From Planctomycetota bacterium (lineage in GTDB: Bacteria; Planctomycetota; UBA8108; SXIK01): 64,000 nucleotides of DNA. The translations under genes and the position numbers were made by a program. Position 1 is the stretch's first letter. The number at the start of each line of letters is the position of its first letter. The DNA lies in contig OZ244999.1 in assembly GCA_965223265.1 (NCBI GenBank), forward strand, positions 1,664,001 through 1,728,000. The letters run 5' to 3'. Positions 8,807 through 15,906 of the stretch are shown in pieces. The notes beneath the pieces were generated by a model, which was not told where the DNA came from, ran no database searches, and saw only the letters and a list, made by a program, of their open reading frames with translations.

Positions 8807-9942
8807 GTGAGCGTGAGCTGAAAGTAGCAGGCACACTCCCGTGTGCCGTCCGGTCTTGTGTGAGCGTGAGCGTGAGCTGAAAGTAGCAGGCACACTCCCG
8901 TGTGCCGTCCGGTCTTGTGTGAGCGTGAGCGTGTGCTGAAAGTAGCAGGCACACTCCCGTGTGCCGTCCGGTCTTGTGTGAGCGTGAGCGTGAGCTGAAA
9001 GTAGCAGGCACACTCCCGTGTGCCGTCCGGTCTTGTGTGAGCGTGAGCGTGAGCTGAAAGTAGCAGGCACACTCCCGTGTGCCGTCCGGTCTTGCGTGAG
9101 CGTGAGCGTGAGCTGAAAGTAGCAGGCACACTCCCGTGTGCCGTCCGGTCTTGCGTGAGCGTGAGCGTGAGCTGAAAGTAGCAGGCACACTCCCGTGTGC
9201 CGTCCGGTCTTGCGTGAGCGTGTGCGTGTGCTGAAAGTAGCAGGCACACTCCCGTGTGCCGTCCGGTCTTGCGTGAGCGTGTGCGTGTGCTGAAAGTAGC
9301 AGGCACACTCCCGTGTGCCGTCCGGTCTTGCGTGAGCGTGAGCGTGAGCTGAAAGTAGCAGGCACACTCCCGTGTGCCGTCCGGTCTTGTGTGTGCGTGT
9401 GCGTGTGCCGAAAGTAGCAGGCACACTCCCGTGTGCCGTCCGGTCTTGTGTGTGCGTGTGCGTGTGCCGAAAGTAGCAGGCACACTCCCGTGTGCCGTCC
9501 GGTCTTGTGTGTGCGTGTGCGTGTGCCGAAAGTAGCAGGCACACTCCCGTGTGCCGTCCGGTCTTGTGTGTGCGTGTGCGTGTGCCGAAAGTAGCAGGCA
9601 CACTCCCGTGTGCCGTCCGGTCTTGCGTGTGCGTGTGCGTGTGCCGAAAGTAGCAGGCACACTCCCGTGTGCCGTCCGGTCTTGTGTGAGCGTGAGCGTG
9701 TGCGTGTGCTGAAAGTAGCAGGCACACTCCCGTGTGCCGTCCGGTCTTGTGTGAGCGTGAGCGTGTGCTGAAAGTAGCAGGCACACTCCCGTGTGCCGTC
9801 CGGTCTTGTGTGAGCGTGAGCGTGTGCTGAAAGTAGCAGGCACACTCCCGTGTGCCGTCCGGTCTTGTGTGAGCGTGAGCGTGTGCTGAAAGTAGCAGGC
9901 ACACTCCCGTGTGCCGTCCGGTCTTGTGTGAGCGTGAGCGTG
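8807..9942 (+). repeat. 19-copy tandem array of a 59-bp unit (38-bp invariant REP-like core plus 21-bp hexamer linker)
   Basis: Core AAAGTAGCAGGCACACTCCCGTGTGCCGTCCGGTCTTG at 8821, 8880, 8939, 8998, 9057, 9116, 9175, 9234, 9293, 9352, 9411, 9470, 9529, 9588, 9647, 9712, 9771, 9830 and 9889. One unit is 65 bp (one extra hexamer). Confidence 0.98.
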
Positions 9943-9966
9943 GGAGTACGCGAATTTTACTTCCGC

Positions 9967-10023
9967 CTCTCTATCTGTATCTTCCTCTCCCTCTCCCTCT
10001 GTATCTGTATCTGTATCTGTAGC
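9967..10023. repeat. Pyrimidine-rich hexamer tract (CTCTCC / ATCTGT units)
   Basis: ctctccctctccctctgtatctgtatctgtatctgtagc on the right flank of the array. Confidence 0.8.
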
Positions 10024-10174
10024 CTGGGTCACGTACGGCGGCGGTTCGGCCGATGGCATAAGTTGGTCGAAGCCCGCTGCGAAGTCTCGCGTCCGTCTTT
10101 TTTCGCGAATCGTGCTTTGATGAGCGTACCACTCAGGCGAGGCTTGTTTTCCGGTCTTTTGCGTGGGAGGTATC

Positions 10175-12241
10175 ATGTGCGCATCTATGACGCGTTTTTT
10201 GTCTCTAGTGGCAGCATCGACTGTCGTTGGCGGATTTGGTTTCGGGGTCAACGCGGAAGAGTGGTTCGATGGTTGGAGGCTAGAGCAGCGCGTCTCTCGC
10301 TCCCATCTCGTGCTTGTGGCACAGGTGACCAATGTCAGCGAGCTCACGGTCGTTGAGGGCGCGAAGACCAACACAGGCCTAAGAGAGTACCGCTTCCAAC
10401 CAGTCGAGCGAATCAAGGGCGTGTTCAGCCGCGACGAGTTGGCGATGAGCAGCCACGATTTGGGTCTTGGTGTCGAGGATGCCGGTACGCCGCCGCCGCT
10501 CAGCCAAGGGCAGTACCGACTTCTCTTTCTCGTCCGTTCGGGCTTTCGTGGAGGATGCTCGACTGCGGGCGCCCGCGACGCTCCGTTCTTGCAGCAGGTT
10601 CCACTGCTGACGGGGCCGGAAGACCCTCTCGTCTCGATGGCGCGAACTGTCGTTGACATCGCCGAGAGTCGTTCTCGACGCGAGCTCGTGCTGCAAATTG
10701 CTGAACGCCTAGGGGAACTTGACGGCGCGGCGACCATTCCTCTTCTCAAGAGCCTCGAACGTCGGTTGGTTTGGGCGGCGCAAACTCCTGAACTCTCAGC
10801 ACCACTCGCACGGCTCGCGCGTCACGACTCGAGCGCCGTTCGCTCTGCTGCCCTGCAAACGATCGAGAAGGTGCTCGCAGCACGCTATCTCGACGTGGAC
10901 GATGGCGCGACGCTGCGGCAGTTTGCTGCAGCTTTGGAGGATGCTTTTGCAGCCAGCGTTGTAGAGACGAATGCACGCGTGGCGCTCGTTCGCGCCATCG
11001 GGCACCTGGGCGATTCTGCGCCGACGCTGCCGTGGACCTCAGACCGGCTCGTCTCTAGCCTGCGTCATGGAAGGACGTACGCCGAACGCGCAGCCGCAGC
11101 GTCTGCGCTGGCGCAGGGCGGCTTCGAAGGCGAAGCGCGTGCCGTGCTCGAGGTACTCGAAACCCTGCCGCTCGACGTCAAAGACGAGCCGGAGAGGGAG
11201 ATTGTCGGTGCCGCAATCATGCTTGACCGAGAGCCGGCGCTCGCTCTCGTGCGGGGGCGCCTCAGTGAGTCAACCGCTTCGGGGCATTCGCCTCTCGTCG
11301 AGATCCGGGCGCTTGGCGACGCCGTCGACATCGGTGCCGTTCCAGTTCTTCTCGATGCGATGCCTACGATCTCGCGTTTGTACAACGGTGTCAACATCGC
11401 TGGGCATGCGCTGCGGCAGGTGGCTGACGAGCGCTGCCTACCGCTGGCGTCAGAATGGCTCCGGCACAGCCAGACCGACCATCGTCTTGTCGCCATCGGA
11501 ATCCTCGAGAAGCTTGGCTCTCGCGCGGCGGCGCAAGTTGCGCGGCCGCGGTTGAAGATGGAGCGTCACCTCGAGATCAAACTACGCATCGCAGCGCTCC
11601 TTGGGCGTCATGGGATTCGCGACGGGTATTCGATCGCCATCGAGCACCTCGCCGACGGCGCTCATTCGAAGCTGGCGGTCGAGGCGCTCGCTGCCATCGG
11701 CGACCCGCGGACTACAGAGGTTCTTGAAGAACTTTTAAGCGCGAGCGAAGATCCGACCTGGGCTGCCTCGGCTCTCGAGACGTTCGTTGCCCTTGGGAAC
11801 AAGGACGCCCGCGCCAGAATCGTCGAGATTCTCGGCGACGTTCACGATCCGCTTTTTGAGTCAGCTGTGGAGATCTCTCTACGCTTGCCTTCGACTCCCG
11901 AAACCATCCGCGCGCTGGGGGCGTTGACCTCTTCGCGCAGCCACGAGGTCTCAACTCGGGCGCTACGGTCGCTGGAGCAGCTGTTCTCGCAGCTGACGAC
12001 GTCGGATTTGCCGGAGCGGCTGCACGAATCGGTCGCAATGAGCGCCGCAGCGACGCTTGGCGATCCGCACGCAGATGTGGCGCAACGCCTTGCGGCGCTC
12101 GATTGCCTGCGCGCCATGAAAGAGGCTCGTCTCGACGACGTCCTCCATAAGCTCGTCGATCAAACTGGGCTTGAATCGACTAGTCTTTTGACGCCGATTG
12201 AATCCGAGCTGAGGCGGCGGCGTGTCGCTCTTCGTCGCTGA
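10175..12241 (+). CDS. Exported HEAT-repeat protein
   Basis: GGAGG at 10166-10170 precedes ATG 10175. Signal-like N-terminus, a small beta domain (SHLVLVAQV...VERIKG), then helical repeats (SAVRSAALQTI, ARVALVRAIGHLG, AVEALAAIGDPR). Confidence 0.8.
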   Translation: MCASMTRFLSLVAASTVVGGFGFGVNAEEWFDGWRLEQRVSRSHLVLVAQVTNVSELTVVEGAKTNTGLREYRFQPVERIKGVFSRDELAMSSHDLGLGVEDAGTPPPLSQGQYRLLFLVRSGFRGGCSTAGARDAPFLQQVPLLTGPEDPLVSMARTVVDIAESRSRRELVLQIAERLGELDGAATIPLLKSLERRLVWAAQTPELSAPLARLARHDSSAVRSAALQTIEKVLAARYLDVDDGATLRQFAAALEDAFAASVVETNARVALVRAIGHLGDSAPTLPWTSDRLVSSLRHGRTYAERAAAASALAQGGFEGEARAVLEVLETLPLDVKDEPEREIVGAAIMLDREPALALVRGRLSESTASGHSPLVEIRALGDAVDIGAVPVLLDAMPTISRLYNGVNIAGHALRQVADERCLPLASEWLRHSQTDHRLVAIGILEKLGSRAAAQVARPRLKMERHLEIKLRIAALLGRHGIRDGYSIAIEHLADGAHSKLAVEALAAIGDPRTTEVLEELLSASEDPTWAASALETFVALGNKDARARIVEILGDVHDPLFESAVEISLRLPSTPETIRALGALTSSRSHEVSTRALRSLEQLFSQLTTSDLPERLHESVAMSAAATLGDPHADVAQRLAALDCLRAMKEARLDDVLHKLVDQTGLESTSLLTPIESELRRRRVALRR

Positions 12242-12305
12242 ACGCCGTCGAGTCGCCGGCCACAACCCGATCGCGAGATGGACGTCACGCTTGCCAGGAA
12301 AGCGC

Positions 12306-13442
12306 TCAGTCGACGATCTGAAACTCAACGCACGTCGGCGAAGGGCAATTCACCACCTGACCGCTGAAGACGAGCTCCCCCGTGGACGTGTCGATGCGAA
12401 ACACGGACACCGTGTTTGATCGAGCACCTGCAGCAAGCAGCCAGCGTCCGGTAGGGTCGAGGTTGAAGTTTCGCGGCCAGCTGCCGCGGATCGGCTCACG
12501 CTCAATGAACTTTAGGCGTCCAGTCGACGTGTTGATCGCGAACGCAGCGATGGAGTCATGGCCGCGGTTCCCGGTGTAGAGAAACCGTCCGGATGGGTGG
12601 ATGCGGATTTCGGAGCCGCTGCTCGGTACCTCGCGCATCTCTTCGGGCAGTGTTGAGATTGTTTGCACAGGGGTCAGAGTTCCCGCCTCAGCGTCGTATC
12701 GAAACACCGTGACAGACAGGTGAAGCTCGTTCAGGACATAGGCGAACTTTCGATTGGCGTGGAATTTCATGTGACGCGGACCGCTCCCCGGAGGACAAAC
12801 ACCGCTGCCGTGCGGCGCGATCCGCGCAGTGTCAGGATAGATGCGGTAGATCTCGACGCGGTCCGTGCCGAGATCCGGCGAGAAGAGGAAACGGTTGTCG
12901 TGATCAGTCCCGACCCAGTGTGGGTGGGGGCTCTCTTGGCGTTCTTTGTTGGGTCCAGATCCTTGATGTTCGATCAGCGCGGAGCGTGGGAGCAGTTTGC
13001 CATCGGAGGCAATCGGGAACGCAGCGACCGAGCCGCCGCTGTACTGGGCTGTGAATAAGCACTGGCCGGAGTGATCGACGGCGAGGTGCGACGCTCCGCC
13101 GTCGCCGATGGGCTCCTTGTTGACAAGGGTCAAAGTCGATGCGTCTTTGGAAACCGCGAACGCTGCGACCCCTCCCTGACCGTCGTCGAGCCGCGATAGC
13201 GAATAGAGGTGCGTTCCCTTTGGGTGCAAAGCGACGAAGCCTGCGGAGCCTTCCGCCGCGAGCTGCGGGGAGCTGAGCTTGCCCGACTCGAGGTCGAGAG
13301 TCGCATGGTAGATGCCCTGACCGCTGATCCAGACTGATGCGGTTTTCGGACTGGCGTCTGCGGCCGAGCTGGGCGTGGAAAAGAGGCTCAACGAGCCAGC
13401 GAACGAAACGAAAAGAATCGAAAGCCAGGCGGTGCGCGTCAT
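12306..13442 (-). CDS. pgl: Lactonase family protein (6-phosphogluconolactonase-like, 7-bladed propeller), exported
   Basis: Motifs AQYSGGSV, RQESPHPH, DLGTD, GSGPRH, YVLNEL, NRGHDSIA, PRNF; N-terminal signal peptide. Confidence 0.88.
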   Translation of the reverse strand: MTRTAWLSILFVSFAGSLSLFSTPSSAADASPKTASVWISGQGIYHATLDLESGKLSSPQLAAEGSAGFVALHPKGTHLYSLSRLDDGQGGVAAFAVSKDASTLTLVNKEPIGDGGASHLAVDHSGQCLFTAQYSGGSVAAFPIASDGKLLPRSALIEHQGSGPNKERQESPHPHWVGTDHDNRFLFSPDLGTDRVEIYRIYPDTARIAPHGSGVCPPGSGPRHMKFHANRKFAYVLNELHLSVTVFRYDAEAGTLTPVQTISTLPEEMREVPSSGSEIRIHPSGRFLYTGNRGHDSIAAFAINTSTGRLKFIEREPIRGSWPRNFNLDPTGRWLLAAGARSNTVSVFRIDTSTGELVFSGQVVNCPSPTCVEFQIVD

Positions 13443-13589
13443 GTCGGTCTCCGTCTTGTTGTCGAGTTGCCATCTGTGCGAAAGCCGAGAAATACATTAC
13501 TTTGGACGGTGCGCTCCATCCAGCGCCAGTTGACGCCGCTTGGCTGGTAAGCGTCTCAACGAGATCGCCTTCGCACCGGTCGAGGAACT

Positions 13590-14366
13590 ATGGCTGACGA
13601 CTCTTCGCGGACATTCACCGTTCTTCTCGTCAACTACAAGACACCGCGCCTCACGCCGATCTGTCTCGATCTTCTCAAGAGCCATCTTGACCTGACGGTG
13701 GCCAAAGTTTGCGTCGTCGACAACGATTCGAGGGACGAGAGCACGGAGTACCTTCGATCACTCGATTGGATCGAGCTGTTGGAGCGGCGCGTGAGCGAAG
13801 CTGAAGAAGGGCATCTCGCACACGCTCGTGCGCTCGACTTCGCTTTTCGGACCGTCACAACGCGACACGTTCTCTGCATGCACACTGATACCTTCGTGCA
13901 CGATACGATGGCTATCGATCTCATGTTTCAGCATGCCAACTCACCGGACGTTGCCGCTGTCGGCTCGGTAGACCAAGTATGTCGGTCGCTCCTCAGACAA
14001 TGGTGGCGAACCGGAAAGAGCGTCGTGACGTACGGGGCGCGTGGCGTAGCGCGACGATTGCGCCTCTCCGACAGGCGTGCCAAGCCGCTTTTCGATCGCT
14101 ATCTGAAGAGTTACTTCTGTCTCTGGAACGCCGAACTCATTCGTCGGCATGGGCTCGCATTCTGTATGGGCGATCACAACCCTGGCTACGCGATGCAGGA
14201 TGCACTCGAGCGCTTCGGATATCGGTGTGTCCGCTTGCCCGCCTGCCGTCTCTTCAAATCGATCGATCATGTCCAGGCTGGAACGCTGGTCGAGACCGGG
14301 CGTCTGGCAGGAAGCCACCGGCGCAGTAGGGAATACGCTCGGCTGCTCTCGCGGCTGGACTCTTGA
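13590..14366 (+). CDS. Glycosyltransferase family 2
   Basis: VLLVNYKTP, VVDNDSRDES, HARALD and an HTD variant of the DxD motif. Confidence 0.85.
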   Translation: MADDSSRTFTVLLVNYKTPRLTPICLDLLKSHLDLTVAKVCVVDNDSRDESTEYLRSLDWIELLERRVSEAEEGHLAHARALDFAFRTVTTRHVLCMHTDTFVHDTMAIDLMFQHANSPDVAAVGSVDQVCRSLLRQWWRTGKSVVTYGARGVARRLRLSDRRAKPLFDRYLKSYFCLWNAELIRRHGLAFCMGDHNPGYAMQDALERFGYRCVRLPACRLFKSIDHVQAGTLVETGRLAGSHRRSREYARLLSRLDS

Positions 14367-14403
14367 AGCGATCGACACCGAGTTCGGTCCAACCGCGGAG
14401 AGA

Positions 14404-15900
14404 TTATGCCATGATATCGACGATCGGATGGCCGTAGTCGACCTCGAGGCGTTTGCGACCGGGCACCTCGAGCTGCCGCGCATCCAAACCGAGGAGCGCG
14501 AACACCGTCGCATGAATGTCGGTGACGTAGTGGCGGTCCTCGATGGCGTGGAAGCCCAATTCGTCCGTCGCACCGTGCACGACGCCAGGTTTGATGCCGC
14601 CACCGGCCATCCAGACCGAAAAACCGTAGTTGTGGTGGTCACGACCATCCGCGCCCTGGCCACCCGGCGTGCGGCCGAACTCCGTCGTCCACAGGAGGAT
14701 CGTATCGTCCAAGAGTCCGCGCTGCTTGAGATCCTGTAGCAGTCCCGCGATCGGTCGGTCGACTTCAGCGCACGCCTTGGTGTGCGTCGTCTTCAGCTTG
14801 GCGTGCCCATCCCAGTCGCCTGACGGGCCGACGCCATGAAAGACCTGAATGAATCGTACGCCTTTTTCGATCAGCCTCCTCGTTGCAAGCAGCTGCTGGC
14901 CGAAAGGTCGAGTCACATCGTGGTCGAGGCCGTAGAGTTCGTGAGTCGCTTGGCTCTCACCGGCAAAGCTCATGAGATTGGGCATGACGGCCTGCATGCG
15001 GAACGCGAGCTCGTACGACTTGATCCGTGCGCGCAGCGCTTGGTCGGTCGGATACTGAAGCGCGGCACGTCGATTCAGGCGACCCAAAAGCGCCGCGCCG
15101 ATTGTCTGCTCTTCTCGGCTGACGTCGAGTTCCGGCTGCGCGTAGGGTAGTGGGTCGCTCGGATCGATCTTCAGATGCACGCCGGCATGCTCGGGGCCCA
15201 GATAGTCTGCGCCCAGACCCTCGAAACACTGCTTGTGTAGCTTCGGTCCGATTGAAATGAATTGAGGCAAGTCGTCGTTGAGAGAGCCCAAACCGTAGTG
15301 GATCCACGCGCCGATCGTCGGAAAACAGCCATCCAACAGATGGCGGCCTGAAAGCATCTGGATCTGTGCGCCATGGTTGTTGTCAGTCGTCCACATCGAG
15401 CGAATCACTGCGATGTCATCGACATGGCGGCGAACGTGGGGCCACCAATCACTCACCCCGACGCCGTTTTCCCCGCACCTTTGGTAGCCGACCTGAAGTG
15501 GGAAAATCTTTGCCTGGTCGTTCTTGATCACGTTCCCGGCGATTTGCTCGCGAACGTTCTTGACGAAGGGTGAGTTGAGGATCTGAGCCTCGTACGGCGT
15601 CTGGCGAAACGTCTTGCCCGCGTACTTGTTGAGGGCTGGCTTGGGGTCAAAGCTCTCGATGTGACTGACGCCGCCTCGCATCATTAGCCAGATCACCCGC
15701 TTCGCTTTCGGTGCGAAGTGAGGCACTCCGCCTGGAGGAGAAGACGCGGCAGGCGAGGAGGTCGACGTCGCAAAGCCGTCGCGCTCAAGGAGTGCCGCCA
15801 GAGCAATTCCGCTCAGGCCGCTCAGTCCGCCGAGAAATGTGCGGCGACTGACAGCGTCAGTTGACTGGGCGTCGCCGGGCGCACTGCGAATCGTATGCAT
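14404..15900 (-). CDS. DUF1501 protein (Tat signal)
   Basis: SRRTFL, PKAKRVIWLMMRGGVSHIESFDPKP, YELAFRMQ, GVRFIQ, EFGRTP, GRDHH. Confidence 0.93.
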   Translation of the reverse strand: MHTIRSAPGDAQSTDAVSRRTFLGGLSGLSGIALAALLERDGFATSTSSPAASSPPGGVPHFAPKAKRVIWLMMRGGVSHIESFDPKPALNKYAGKTFRQTPYEAQILNSPFVKNVREQIAGNVIKNDQAKIFPLQVGYQRCGENGVGVSDWWPHVRRHVDDIAVIRSMWTTDNNHGAQIQMLSGRHLLDGCFPTIGAWIHYGLGSLNDDLPQFISIGPKLHKQCFEGLGADYLGPEHAGVHLKIDPSDPLPYAQPELDVSREEQTIGAALLGRLNRRAALQYPTDQALRARIKSYELAFRMQAVMPNLMSFAGESQATHELYGLDHDVTRPFGQQLLATRRLIEKGVRFIQVFHGVGPSGDWDGHAKLKTTHTKACAEVDRPIAGLLQDLKQRGLLDDTILLWTTEFGRTPGGQGADGRDHHNYGFSVWMAGGGIKPGVVHGATDELGFHAIEDRHYVTDIHATVFALLGLDARQLEVPGRKRLEVDYGHPIVDIMA

Positions 15901-15906
15901 AGGGGC

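Noticed and set aside
8807-9942. CRISPR array
   Set aside because: The 21-bp 'spacers' are near-identical hexamer repeats rather than unique sequences. No cas genes or AT-rich leader are present, and the core recurs in dispersed, inverted and half copies like a REP.
8637-10749. Long repeat-encoded ORFs (1268-aa sulfatase extension, 8717-9904, 8794-10749)
   Set aside because: The repeat unit has no minus-strand stop codons, so all three frames are open and cycle through the same peptides. The sulfatase has its own signal peptide at 8636, and the 651-aa ORF is antisense to the HEAT gene.
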